Origin: Octopus vulgaris
Lineage: Eukaryota
Direction: 5' to 3'
Assembly (NCBI GenBank): GCA_951406725.2
Contig: OX597822.1
Coordinates: forward strand, 88,846,001-88,910,000
Length of the DNA: 64,000 bases
Position numbers and translations under genes: made by a program. The notes beneath the pieces were generated by a model that did not search any database, was not told the DNA's origin, and saw only the letters and a list, made by a program, of their open reading frames with translations. Shown piece by piece: positions 12,223 to 25,001 of the stretch. The first letter of the stretch is position 1, and each line of letters opens with the position of its first letter.

Positions 12223-12600
12223 AGGCAAGGTTGTGTGATAAGAAGCTTGCTTCTCAACCACACGGTTCTGGGTTCAGTCCCACTGCATTGGCAAGTGTCT
12301 TTTACTATAGTCTCTGGCCAACCAAAGCCTTCTGAGTGGATTTGGTGGACAGAAACTGAAAGAAGCCTGTCATATGTATATGTGTGTATATATATATGTG
12401 TATGTGTGTATTTGCCCCAATCACCATTTGACAACTGGTGGTGGTGTGTTTACATCTTCATAACTTTGTGGTTTGGCAAAAAAGACCAGTAGAATAAGTT
12501 CTAGGCTTTAAAAAAATAAGTCCTAGGGTTGATTTCTTTGACTAAAACCCTTTAAGGCTGTGCCCCAGCATGCCCACAATTAAATGAAACAAGTAAAGGA
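12223..12600 (+). mobile_element. tRNA-derived SINE (family B)
   Basis: gggttcagtccc box B and gtggatttggt...gaaactgaaagaagcc body, shared with 16143-16472, 16794-17191 and 58556-58985. Confidence 0.85.
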
Positions 12601-12893
12601 TATTGTTATCCTTAGGGATGGTCATATTTTGCCAATTCAACACACACACTATAAATTTGCTCTTCACTTCAGCTTTATTATTATTATCATTTTAGTTTCT
12701 TTGTGTCAAATCTCTTTCATCACATATTCTGTGACCTCTTCAATGACTCTTTATCCCACGTATTTCCTCTTGTTCTGCTTATTCCATTTGGAAGAGTTTT
12801 GACAAAGAAACTAAATAAAAATAAAGCTGAAGTGAAGATAAATAGTGCGTGTGTTTAATTGGCAAAAGATGACTATCACCACACATAACAATA
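12601..12893. mobile_element. Palindromic MITE
   Basis: tattgttat...gtcatattttgccaatt...cttcacttcagctttatt is mirrored by aataaagctgaagtgaag...aattggcaaaagatgac...ataacaata. Confidence 0.65.
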
Positions 12894-12912
12894 TCTGTTC
12901 CAACACATAATT

Positions 12913-13320
12913 TCACATGAAATCTTGCCAGAAGACCAAAGTACGTCATGTTAGGACACCTCTAGATACTTTTTCCACACCCAATGCCTGGTTTAAGCAT
13001 ATTCACATTGATATCGTCGGCCCTTTGCCACCAGCTCTTGACTTGTATCAAGTTTTTTTCCTGTTGGTCTGAAGCCATTCCTCTCAAAGATATTTCATCA
13101 CTTTCAGTTGTGAAGGCTCTTGTAGCTGGTTGGATTTTGCATTTTGGAACTCGCTTTCCATCACTATAGATCACGGTCAACAGTTTGAGTCAAACCATTT
13201 TTCTGAGCATTCCACTTTATTTGGTACATGGCAGATTCGTATCACTGCATACCACCCTATGTCTAATGGGATGATTGAGTGTTTTCATCAGCAGCTGAAG
13301 GCTACTCTACACGTTTACAT
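12913..13320 (+). mobile_element. Gypsy LTR-retrotransposon integrase remnant
   Basis: ITAYHPMSNGMIECFHQQLK and HIDIVGPLP motifs. Confidence 0.85.
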
Positions 13321-13945
13321 GAGTTTCTGCTGCTCTTTGGACCAGCTGCTGATGACAAATACCAGCCAGTCACACACCTTTCTTCAACCAGTATCATCTG
13401 TCTTCATCGTTGCAGCAACAGACAGCAGACCCAGTGGAACTGAAGTCCTTTGAATGTCTGTTCCAGACTGTAGTATTTACATCATTCCCTTTGGCAATCT
13501 TCTGTTGTTATAATGAGAGGAATAATAGTTACTTTTTCAACTTATCCAAATCTTATCACTCTTCTTTCCACACCACATCATTATAAATGGTGACCTATGA
13601 ACATCTTCACGTTATACCCTCTTTAGTTTTTGGAATTCCCAGAAAAAAAAATCTTTGAAGAAATTATCTGGGCATTTGTAATCTGATAACAAGTCGGTGT
13701 CCAATAAAAATTTCGTCAGATGCCTTATATATTCTGTCCAATTTAAAGCTGGTTGAGTCAGAATTCTCACATTTTTCAATATATTCAAAGATGCTGAAGT
13801 TTGCGCAACTTATTACTTTGTATGGTATTGTGTCCTCATAGTTTTTAATGCAATTCAGAAAAAAAAAAATTCACTGATGTCAATGATCCTTGGGTGAGCT
13901 AGAGTCAATGTCTAAGCATTTAGATAGCCATGCTGTCTCATGAAG

Positions 13946-14480
13946 GTGCATGGCTTAGTGGTTTGGGTATTCAGCTCATGGTCGGCAGGTCATGAGTTTC
14001 CCAGTGGCACGTTGTGCTCTTGAGCAAGACACTTTATTTCTTGTTGTTATAGTTCACTCAGCAGGCAAACGAGTAGTAACTGTATTTCCAAGGATCGGCC
14101 TTGTCACATTCTGTATCATGCAGAATCTCACTGAGAACTACTTTAACCCTTTCGTTACTGTATTTATTTTGAGATGCTCTGTGTTTCTTTCAATTACTTT
14201 AAATATAACAAAGAATTTTGTAAAATAATTTAGTTATCATTCCGCTGGTTTTAGGAACATAAATTGTGACTAAGGTTTGGTGGAAGATTTTAATTCAAAA
14301 CTTATGGAAACAAGACATTTGTACTCAGAGCCAGAGCCAGTTTCAGCCAGGTTGGTAATGAAAGGGTTAAGGGTATGTGTGTAAGTGAAGTGCTCAGCCA
14401 CTCGCACGTTAATTTCATGAACAGGCTGTTCTGTTGATCAGATCAACTGGAACCCTTGTCATTGTAACCGACAGAGTGCT
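13946..14480 (+). mobile_element. tRNA-SINE interrupted by a piggyBac-type MITE (14147-14366)
   Basis: SINE head ggtgcatggcttagtggt; MITE flanked by TTAA at 14143 and 14367. Confidence 0.8.
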
Positions 14481-14912
14481 AGCTTCTTTTTAAATTCTTG
14501 ACAAAAGTTGAATAAGTTGTAATGAAAACAAAAAACGAGGTAGCTGCTTCCCACTCTTTATTCAACTAAATGATGCAGTTTTGTTTCACATAGTCTATTA
14601 ATGTACAGAAGAATATGATATCATGCAAGTTTCTTTATACTTTGGCTGCCAGACAACTTCCACTTGTAAGTATGGAAACCCATATGCATGTACACTAATT
14701 AACAGTAATAGTACAGTCTTCATGAAATTGTCATTATTCAGTGAACTCCATTTCTTCTTATGGTCTCTAAATTTAAACCTTTTTTGTAAAATATCCTTTT
14801 AAACATCTACATCTCTTTTAAATACTTCAAAATAGTACTGAATGCTTTTTCTTATCTGTTCTTCAAGTTACTGATCCACAGTGCTTTTATTTGTCTTTAT
14901 TTTTATTCAATA

Positions 14913-15318
14913 CTAGCACTATGACCCGGCAACGCCGGGTCATAGTGCTAGTGCATGCATATACAGCTGCGTGCGGGTCATAGTGCTAGTGCATGCATAT
15001 ACAGCTGCGTGCGTGCACACATACACGCGAGCACTGTCCAAATCCCCGACCAATCACATACAGCTAGCTGGCATTCAAGTTTCAAGTATCAAGTTTCGGG
15101 CATTTTGATTGAGTTTTGGATAGAAAATTCACAAAAAAGTCACTTCTATCGATTTTTTAATCACTTTGCGGGGTGACTGGGGAAATGTAAAGATGTGCAC
15201 AACCACCCTTGAACGGTTTTGAATGACCATAGAAAGTGTAAGCCCTCTAACTGAATAATTGTGGATTTGTATAAAGGACACACACACACACACATTTTGC
15301 CGTTTATATATAGAGAGA
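14913..15318 (-). mobile_element. Non-autonomous Helitron
   Basis: Minus strand starts TC(TC)TATATATAAAC and ends in a GC-rich hairpin plus CTAG at an A|T site. Second copy at 32507-32874. Confidence 0.8.
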
Positions 15319-16142
15319 TAACATGACCTTTCTATATTCCAAGGTATCTATGATTTTATACAGTTCTGAGATTAAGTCAGAAAATTATTCTGTTATAAGT
15401 GATGTATAGCTTTTAAAAAAAAGTTTGCAAACAAAACAGTACATACAGTCATTGCTACTTTAAGTAAGCCAACCAAGATCTCATCACATTCTGGCAATTT
15501 TTTTCAATCTTTTTTCACCATGTATACTTGAAAAACATCTGTTTTGCTACTTGAAAATCCTACTAGATTAGTTAAAAACATAAACAGTTCCTTTGCATTT
15601 TTTAATAAAACCGATATCTTGCATTGAATAATTTTGTATAAAATCTTTATCAACTGTTATGTGCCAGTTTGCGACGTCACTGGATTCTTTGTAATCACTA
15701 AATTGGTTCATGTTTCTACCTTGACTTTTCATGCTCTGCAATTAATCCCCTACATTCACCAATTGTGTCAAAAGTGTCAACTGTGGATTAAAAATTGCTA
15801 GAAAGAACTATCATCGTCTGTGTACTATGATTTGTTTCTGTCAGCTGTTGGTGTTGATAAACTTAGAATTGGAAAGTAGTTTAATAGCTTTTTGACCTTT
15901 AGAAATGTTGTCAGATCGCTTTTTCTTGAGTTTGTGGTTTTGCTATCCACTTAAGTACTTTTGTGAATCTCATTGTTATTTTCCTTGGGAATAACAAAGA
16001 GATAAAAATAGCAAAACAAAGCTAGATTATTCTAGGTGAATAAGAATGCACTGTGAAAGAGTTAATTAATCTTTATTAGTGCACACACTTGTTATGCTAA
16101 TTTGACTGACCAGTTCAGCTAAGTCCTTATCTTTATACACAC

Positions 16143-16472
16143 AGGCACAGGAGTGGCTGTATGGTAAGTAGCTTGCTTACCAACCACATGGTTCTGGGTT
16201 CAGTCCCACTGCATGGCATGTGTCTTCTATAGCCTTGGGCCGACCAAAGCCTTCTGAGTGGATTTGGTAGATGGAAACTGAAAAAAGCCTGTTGTATATA
16301 TACATGTGTGTGTGTGTATATTTGTGTAGCTGTGTTTGTCCCCCCACACACACACACACACGCACTATTGCTTGACAAACGATGCTGGTGTGTTTAAAAG
16401 AGACTGATAGTATAAGTACTAGGTGGTGCTCCAGCATAACCACAGTCAAATGACTGAAACAAATAAAAGAAT
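16143..16472 (+). mobile_element. tRNA-derived SINE (family B)
   Basis: ggcacaggagtggctgtatggtaagtagcttgc head. Confidence 0.85.
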
Positions 16473-16793
16473 ACCTATAATTTACTAATCAGTCAATGGA
16501 CAGAAGATGTTTTCTATGCTTATTATAAAGCACATTCTAAATAATTTTAAAATAATATAGTGTAATGTACGATGAATTAATAAAGTAATTAGTAGCAGCC
16601 CACCACACGTCACAATATCAACTTGATAATCACATAGCAAGGGCAATCAAATTCACATATTAAACATTTTTCTATAATAAAAACAAATAAAGATAGGAAC
16701 ACAATAAACACACTTTCCTCTGAGACCAGTGATTCCCAATCTTTTCTATTGCTCTGGCACATGGCTCAGTGGATATTATTGGGCTCACAATCA

Positions 16794-17191
16794 ATACTCT
16801 TTTACTCTTTTATTCTTTTGTTTCAGTCATTTGACTGTGGCCATGCTGGAGCACCGCCTTTCGTCGAGCAAATCGACCCCAGGTCTTATTCTATGTAAGC
16901 CTAGTACTTATTACATCGGTCTATTTTTGCCGAACTGCTAAGTTACAGGGACGTAAACACACCAGCATCGGTTGTCAGGCGATGTTGGGGGGACAAACAC
17001 ATACATACATATACATATATATATATACGACGGGCTTCTTTCAGTTTCCGTCTACCAAATCCACTCACAAAGCTTTGGTCGGCCTGAGGCTATAGTAGAA
17101 AACACTTGCCCAAGGTGCCATGCAGTGGGACTGAACCCGGAACCATGTGGTTGGTAAGCGAGCTACTTACCACACGGCCACTCCTGCGCCT
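16794..17191 (-). mobile_element. tRNA-derived SINE (family B)
   Basis: Reverse complement of the family B sequence; full length. Confidence 0.88.
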
Positions 17192-18233
17192 GTAATAGGT
17201 AACAAGTTTTATCTCATGTTGCTCCAGTTCACTCAACTGTAGAAATGAATTGCGACATCACTGTTGCTAAGCTGCATTAGCCTTTGCCTTTTCTTTGGAC
17301 ATCAGTGATATGGAGAGTGGTATATATGGGCAAAAACTGGTCTTCCATAAATAATCTTGCCTGGACTTGTGCTTTGGAGGGGAACTTTCTCGGTGCAATC
17401 CCATGGCCATTCATGACCGAAGTGGGGTTTTTACCCTTTCTTTTTACCTTCTATAATAGTTGAACTTTGATACTCCTCACAAAAGTAATATCACATTTGA
17501 AGATAAAAAGAAAGTTAATTTTCTAATAGCATTTTTAAAAATGATAAAATACAGAAGATGGGTGAACAAACAACTCAAAAAATAAGCTTCCACTTTAGTG
17601 CATAAAATGCAAATGTAAATTGTGTGATTAGCAAGAAAAGAAATGTAAATAATGCAATTAGTCACAATTGTGAAAATAAAATTCAAGAACCTCTTTGTGG
17701 TTGTTTCACATTAATGACTTCATTGAGAAGTGGAATTTTCTTGCTGATTGTGATCTGCTGGTTGGGCTGTGGATTCAGGCAATTCCTAAATTTTGTCTTG
17801 GCAAGAGAGGATTGAATTCAAATTCATACAAGTTGTCATAACAAATAGAATGAGGACACAGAGTGCTTTACCAAAAAGTCTTGGGAGCATATCCAGTGCT
17901 GAACATCAAAACTTCTTCAAAGCTTTGCTTTGAAATTGCAATTCAAGAGCTTGATATTTTTGCAAGTAAATAAGATCTTTCAGTTCATCATTATCTGAAA
18001 TTTTCTCCAGATTGTAGAAATATGGGTTCATAACCATTTATTCTGAAATTTCCAGGGTGTCAGCAGTAAAATAGTCATCAAACAGTTTTGACATCGTTTC
18101 CAAATGAGTGCCAATTGCTTCATACATTTTAGAGATGTGGATCCAACACCATTAATTGTCTCTTCATCCTACAGCACCAAACAGGTAGCTTTTCTTTGAA
18201 GCCATTTAACTTTTCTTGAGCCTTCAATATAGT

Positions 18234-19733
18234 TGTTGTGGTGATAGACATTAAAACACCTGTGCGATTAAAGAGTGGACTCACCGAACTCTTATAAAGA
18301 GTAACATGTCTCATGAAGAAAGAAAGAAGACATTGGAGTCTCGCATGCTGGTAGTTGGAAGTTATGTCTGTGAATATATTACTTTACCATCACTTTGTTA
18401 AAATCATATATCCGCAATCAAGGATATAAAAGTGGTGACAAGATATTCGAAGCTTGTACTGGATGGTCAAATTTTTTTGTGCTAAACCGAAGAAAAAATT
18501 CTTTGACGTGGAGGATTTACTGGCCTGCATGATTCTGTTACAATAATAGCTGCATCAGCAACCACAACAACAACAGCAACAGTTACTGGAATTCATGTTG
18601 AAGAAATCTGAAAGTTGTTCATGCTCGATTGGAGAGTTTGTTTGTAATCCAGAAGATATTACTTTCTCTGCATATTTGCAAAGATATGAAGAAATCTTCA
18701 AAGAAGAATGTAGCAATTGGACTAACGAGAAAAAAGTGTGACTACTTTTAGGCAAGTTATCCCCTGCCAAACATGAAATATATTGTAATTATATTCTGCC
18801 AAAGAAACCAGGTGAAATTTGTTTCGATAATGGTACACAATTTACTGCAAGTCAATTTTAGAAAGTTTGCATATATTCTCAATTGAACATATCACTACTC
18901 CATATCACCCAAGATCAAATGGACAAGCTGAACACTTTGTGGACATGTTCAAAAGGGCACTAAGGAAATCCAAAAATGACATAGTGGATGATTTTGCAAT
19001 GCAACAATTCCTAAAAGTTTACCATGTAATGCCAAACCCAAATACCCCTTCAGACATGTCATCTGCTGAACTTATGTTTGCAAGAAAAATTAGGTAAGTT
19101 TTTGACAAATTATTACCTGGAAGAAAAATAAAAACCAGGGAAAACACTAAAAATACGATCAAGTATTTAAAAAGTGGTGATAAGGTGTTTTTCAGAGTGT
19201 ACAGAAATGGAAAAGAAGGTTGGGAAGATGGCAGATTGGTAAAATTTTGTACATGGTGAAAGATTCGAAATGGGAACATAAAAGACACATAAATCAGCTG
19301 AAAAGAAGGTTTGCTGAAGAAAGAGTTACAAGGAAAGGAGTAACCATGGAAGTTCTCTACAATATTTTTGATTTGCTGACTCCACAAGGAATTGTCGAAT
19401 CAAGGCATACCAGTATAAGATAAAGGAAACATGTGGAATTGTTGGAGGTAGTTCTAAAATGAAAAAAATTTAAGCTTCTGAGGGAAGTAAGTCTCAAAAA
19501 GGGAGATGTGGTGTGCAAAAGAAAAAAAATTATTCACTTCCAACAGAAGTCAATCTCAAAAGGGGAGATGTTGTAGTGATAGACATTAACTCCTGTGTGA
19601 TCAAAAGGTGGACTCACTGAACTCTTATAAAGAGTAACATGTCATGTTGAGAAAATGAGAAAAAGAAGGCATTGGAGTCGTTGCTTTACCTCCACTTTGT
19701 TAAAATCATATATCTGCAATCAAGGATATAAAA
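18234..19733 (+). mobile_element. Internally deleted Gypsy (Mag-like) LTR retrotransposon
   Basis: LTRs 18234-18431 and 19569-19733; PBS-like gtggtgacaag; PPT aaaaggggaga; TSD atagt/atatt. gag (YCNYILPKKP) is fused to integrase (DNGTQF, YHPRSNGQAE). Confidence 0.9.
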
Positions 19734-19761
19734 ATATTTATCCCTTTTCCCTAAATACATT

Positions 19762-20304
19762 TTCATCTTTATCATGATGCTTTATCATCGCCAACTTATC
19801 TGCTAACATTATAGCATGATACTTAACACTTTCACCAGGGCTTTTTTTAGGAGGCATGGGGGCTAAAATTAAAGTTACAAATGAATGTAAATGAAAGAAT
19901 CTAAAAGATAAATAGATGTAAACAAATCTGAATTCAAAACAATCGCAGTAATCACGCTGCTGCCTAATGGTAGATATTAGAACTACCAGTTCAATACGAG
20001 CTCCGAAAGATAGATAAATAAAACAACACAACTGAACTAGGCTACACTACTTTATGGTGTGTATTTTAGCATTTACTGTATTTTACAATGATTTTATATG
20101 CTTTTATTCTTATTTGTTGTAACATGATTTTATGTGCCTTTAATGTTTCTTAGTGATTTTATGATTCCAATATTATAGATGGACTGACATAAGGTTGAGT
20201 AAAATGACTTAACTTAAGTTTTATTTTTCCATATATTATTTTTGAAAACCGATGTATCTTCGAGAATGACTTAAGTCATTGTGACTTAAGCCAAAGTATC
20301 CCTG
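19762..20304 (-). mobile_element. pogo/Tigger transposon 5' remnant
   Basis: TA|CAGGGATAC terminus; MPPKK...IMLADKLAMIKHHDK resembles the CENP-B/psq HTH N-terminus. Confidence 0.7.
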
Positions 20305-20945
20305 TATATAAAATTATACAAATAGTTAGCATCAATAATTATCTTGCAATCATGTAACCTATAATTGTTAACAAAACATTGCTGTGATTTAACAAAAGAG
20401 ACAAGTCCTGTGACACCCATTCTACTATAATTCTTATATAAAAAATATTGGTCATTCAGCACTTTCATTTGTTTTCTCTGACACACATACAATGTAAAAT
20501 CTGTAAAAGAAAGAAAACTATGCATAAGTATAAATCATAACATTTAATATTTAATAAATAAAGGAATGTAAATAAGTACAGACAGTAGTGTGGAATGCAT
20601 TAATGTAAAAATATAAATTGAAAAGATACAAAATGACTAAAAAGAGAAAAGTTCACACAGACTTCTATTTGCATATGTTGCAAAATAAACAAAAATATCC
20701 AATTCAAGATTGAAGTTCATTTTCATGCCAAACTCAAAATCAAAGCTGTGCTAAAACTGAGGATTTCTTTTATTTTCCTCAAATCTATCTAGAAGGGAAC
20801 ATAGGAACGTAGTAAATTTGTATTTCAATGAAACAGAATGGAGAAAGAAACGAGGTGTGAAGAGAGGCAATCATTTTTAATTAATCTGTATTGTCAGGAA
20901 TATATTTGAGATAAATCAACCTGATTAGTATTTAACAAGAAAGTT
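20305..20945 (-). pseudogene. ASTE1: Inverted partial ASTE1 duplicate (intron, acceptor and first ~38 codons)
   Basis: MGVTGLVSFVKSQQCFVNNYRLHDCKIIIDANYLYNFIY from ATG at 20420; the flank matches 4313-4690 plus 5510-5750 in reverse. Confidence 0.92.
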
Positions 20946-21828
20946 TTTCAATAATGTACAATTTGTTAAAGGCAGAAACCATGAGGAATTGTTAGAACCC
21001 CATTGGAATCAGTTGTTAAATGTTTCTAACAGAAACTGGCAAAAACAATTTGATTATAGGTTAAACAAGAAGGGAATAGATATAGAGCTGTCACATTAAT
21101 TTACAACCCAAATAGAATTGTGTATTCATATTATGATAAGACATGATTTTGTCAGAGGTTACCTGGATGCTATATAACTACCACTCTTTTTTTAATCTAG
21201 CTAACAAGAAGTTTAGCACAAGACTACAGAAAAAAACCTCATTGTGATGAATAAAAGATTAATTTCAACACTCAGAATAGAAGTATGATAGTAACTTATA
21301 AGTAATATGATCAGTGTAAGGCTTGAGTAAAAAATGTTATTTCAAATTTAGAGCTGAGTGTTTTTTCATCAAAAGAGGAAGCTCAGATATTGTGATGTCA
21401 TTTTGACCATGCTAAAGTTGTAATATAGAATATTACTAGCAGGACCCATGAATATTTCATGGAATTAATGATAAACCTATTGGGTTATTTCTGAAAACTT
21501 TATCCAAAATTGTGCCTAAAAACTAACCAATCAGAGCAAATGGTTAAAACATGATCTTTATAGCTAAGTGTTATCTGCTACATCCAAACAACAACTATAA
21601 ATAAAAGGGAGAGCAAATAGTTTGTCATTTATGCTTTTGTCAATCCATTCTGCTACAAATATTTCACATCAGGATACTGTTCCTTAACAATGTGACCTAC
21701 TTTTCAACATACATTAAGGAATGTTTGAGCTTGTCATCCTGGCCATACACACAAAAGAAGAAAAGAATTTATATTTTAAAAATTGAACTGTTAAATATAT
21801 ATATATATATATATATAATGTATATATA

Positions 21829-22672
21829 CTAGCTGTTGTACCCAGCGTTGCTCGGGTTTTCTGTGTTTAGGATAAGCCTATGCCATTGTAACTGTTGCTT
21901 GAGGAAATTTCTTTCTGAATCCTATGGATGAAATCATGTTCGAAGTACTTTAGAAGAGGTACCTGATAATTCCCAGGTTGATTGGAGTGTAGTTCAATTC
22001 CACACAAAATATCTATTTTTTTTGTCAACATCGATTTTTTGTCAACTCTACATTCCGCATTCAACTTATGGACATGAACTGTAATGACATGTAACATACC
22101 TTAAAAATTGATAGAATAGTCTCTGAAAAAAGCTGATACGTGCTTGTGCTCTTCTGATTCCTCTGGAATTAAATTAAAACCTTTACCGTATCCCCTACAA
22201 CAAAGCTTACCTAAATCTCGAATTTCATTAAAATTGGATGAAAAAAAAGTTACAGCCCCAAAAAATAAAATCCCTATGGGTATTTGGACACAAAAGGCCT
22301 ATTATTTTATAAAACCACTGCTCAGGTGCAATTATCAATTTTTTGTCAATGCCATATACTAACATCAACTCACTGCCACAAACCTTGCTCACTCATCAAT
22401 TTTCATCAAAATCGGACAAAACTGCAACAGCTGCAGGAAAAATAACATTGTTATGGGAATTTCCATTCAAATGCTTGATTGAGCTCACAAAAATTGATGC
22501 CAACTGAGCATTATTGAGTTTTCCAAAAATTCCAGCTTTATTCAAACTTTAAGGCATGTGATCTACCTATGTGCCAAAAATCATTAAAATCGGTTGGACA
22601 GCGTGGGAGGAATTAGAGTAACCCCAAATACACAGACAGACAGACAGCATTACACATTTATATATATATAGA
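21829..22672 (-). mobile_element. Non-autonomous Helitron (second family)
   Basis: Minus strand 5' TCTATATAT with (CTGT)n; 3' cccgagcaacgctggg hairpin plus CTAG. Confidence 0.7.
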
Positions 22673-22803
22673 TATAGATATATATATATATATATCAATA
22701 TTATAATGGGGAGGCCAGTTATAATATCAACTGCTCTACATCTTAGAGTGTGCTTCTTCTCCAGATTTATGTTTTTTTACAAATGATATGTATGTATAAC
22801 ATA

Positions 22804-25001
22804 ATCATCATCATTGTTTAACATCCATTTTCCATGCTAGCATAGGTTGGATGGTTCAACCGGAGTCTGGGAAGCCAGGAGGCTGCCCTAGGCTCCAGTC
22901 TGATCTGGCAGTGTTTCTACAGCAGGATGCACTTCCTAACACTAACCACACTGTGAATATAGTTGGTGCTTTTTACATGCCACCAGCACGGAAGCCAGTC
23001 AAGGTGGCGCTGACATCAGCCACATTCGGATGATGCTTTATAGGTGCCACCAGCACAGGTGTCACAACTACAATTTCCATTTGATTTTTATTTTGATGTT
23101 GATGTACTTGACTCAATAGGTCTCCTCAAGCACAGCAAGTTGTCCTACGATCCAAGGTACATTGGATGGGCTGGGGCTGCTATGTGAAGCTGGTGCAGGA
23201 AACAGCCATGAACTCACTTCATTTGTTGTTCGAAGGTCATGCTTGACCACCTCATCCCATGTCTTCCTGGGTCTACCTCTACCCTGGATTCCTTCAACTG
23301 TTTGGGAGTGGCACTTCTTCACACATCTCTCTTCATCTGTCCGTAGTACATGACCATACCAGCGCAGACGTCTCTCTTGCATGCCACATCCAATGCTTCT
23401 TATGTCCAGCATTTCTCTCAGGGCACTTACACGATGTCGTGTGTGTACACTGACATTACACATCCAGCGAATCATGCTAGCTTCATTTCTTTCAAGCCTA
23501 CGCATATCCTCCGCAGTCACAGTCCATGTTTCATTACCGTGAAACATGGCAGTTTGCACACATGCATCATACAATCTACCTTTCACTCTGAGTGAGAGGC
23601 CCTTTGTCACCAGTAGGGGTAGGAACTTTCTAAACTTTGCCCAGTCTATTCGTATTCTAGTGGTGACACTCTCTGAGCATCCACCTCCACTACTAACTTG
23701 GTTATCTAGGTAGTGGAAACTATCAACTACTTTTAGTTTCTTCCCTTGGAGTGTGATGGAATCTGTTTTCTGAGTATCAATGGTGTCTACTGCCCCTGTG
23801 CATCTGCTGCACACAAAATCTATCTTCTCAGTTAACTTTCCTTTGAAGTTGTTGCATCTCTTATGCATCCATAGCTTACACTGGGTACATCTTATGAAGT
23901 TTCTATCTACATCTTTTCTACAGGTCAAGCAGGGCCACCTGCCTGAGGGTGTGTGTGATGAGTTCACCTTCCTACTTACTAGAACTTCGGTCTTTGCTAC
24001 ATTGACTCTAAGGCCTTTTGATTCTAAACCTAGCTTCCACCCACCAAATTTTTTTGTCTAGTTCTGGTAGTGATTCTTCTATGAGGGACAGGTCATCAGC
24101 ATAGAGGAGCTCCCAGGGGCAGCCCGTCTTCAATTACTCTATTATTGCCTGGAGGACTATGATGAATAAAAGGGGACTGAGGGCTGAACCTTGTTGGACC
24201 CCTACTTCTACCAGGAATTCTTCACTATACTCATTGCCAAACCTAACCTTACTAATGGCCTCTCTGTATAGGGCCTGTACAGCCCTTGTTAACCATTTGT
24301 CAATCTCCAGTTTCCGCATCACCCACCAGATAAGGGATTGGGGGACCCTGTCAAAGGCTTTCTCTAAGTCCACAAAAGTTAAGTAGAGGGGTTTATCTTT
24401 AGCTAGGTATTTCTCCTGCAGTTGTCAAACCAGGAATATGGCATCAGTGGTGCTTCTACCCGGAACAAAACCAAACTGCATCTCATCTAAGCAGGCTCTC
24501 TCCCTAATGAGATGACTCTCTCCATGACCGTCATCACCTGATCCAGCAGTTTAATACCCCTGTAGTTATTTCTATCTAGAGCATCACCTTTACCCTTGTA
24601 GCAGTTGACTATGGTGCTGCTACGCCAGTCATTGGGTATGACACCATTATGAACTACCTGGTTTACAATGTGGGTGACTAGGCCATAGCCCACACCACCA
24701 GATGATTTAAGCATCTCAGCATTGATACCTGATGGGCTGGGGGCTTTTCCTGGCTTCATACCCTTAATTGCTTTATCTACTAGGGAGCTGTCTATTGGGA
24801 TAGCTGGTCCCTCAACTGGATCAACATTTGGAAGGCTCTCCTCCTCCCATTCATTCTCCACATTCAGCAGTCTTTCATAATGGCTTCTCCAAGCCTCTTT
24901 CTTTTCAGAAACATTGGTTGCTCTTAAATACAAAGACCCTCCCGGGTGAAGAATGTACCCCTCAGCATAGGCTAGTCATTAATGACTTTAGGCTTGAGGC
25001 T
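22804..25001 (-). mobile_element. RTE LINE with 5' inversion
   Basis: Broken ORF2 pieces (DLEKAFDRV, GVQQGSALSPLLF, LLYADD, PHD finger, RGRPRKTW) and (GAT)n tail at 22804. Segment ~24915-25001 is an endonuclease-end piece in the opposite orientation. Confidence 0.92.

Larger units (their letters stand above)
16727..19760 (-). mobile_element. hAT (Charlie/Buster-type) transposon remnant hosting SINEs and a Gypsy element
   Basis: TIR-like CAGTGATTCCCAATCTTTT at 16727. Minus-strand coding remnant ~17690-18233 and 19734-19760 (GKGINILKAQEKLNGFKEKLPVW once the Gypsy is removed). Confidence 0.7.
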
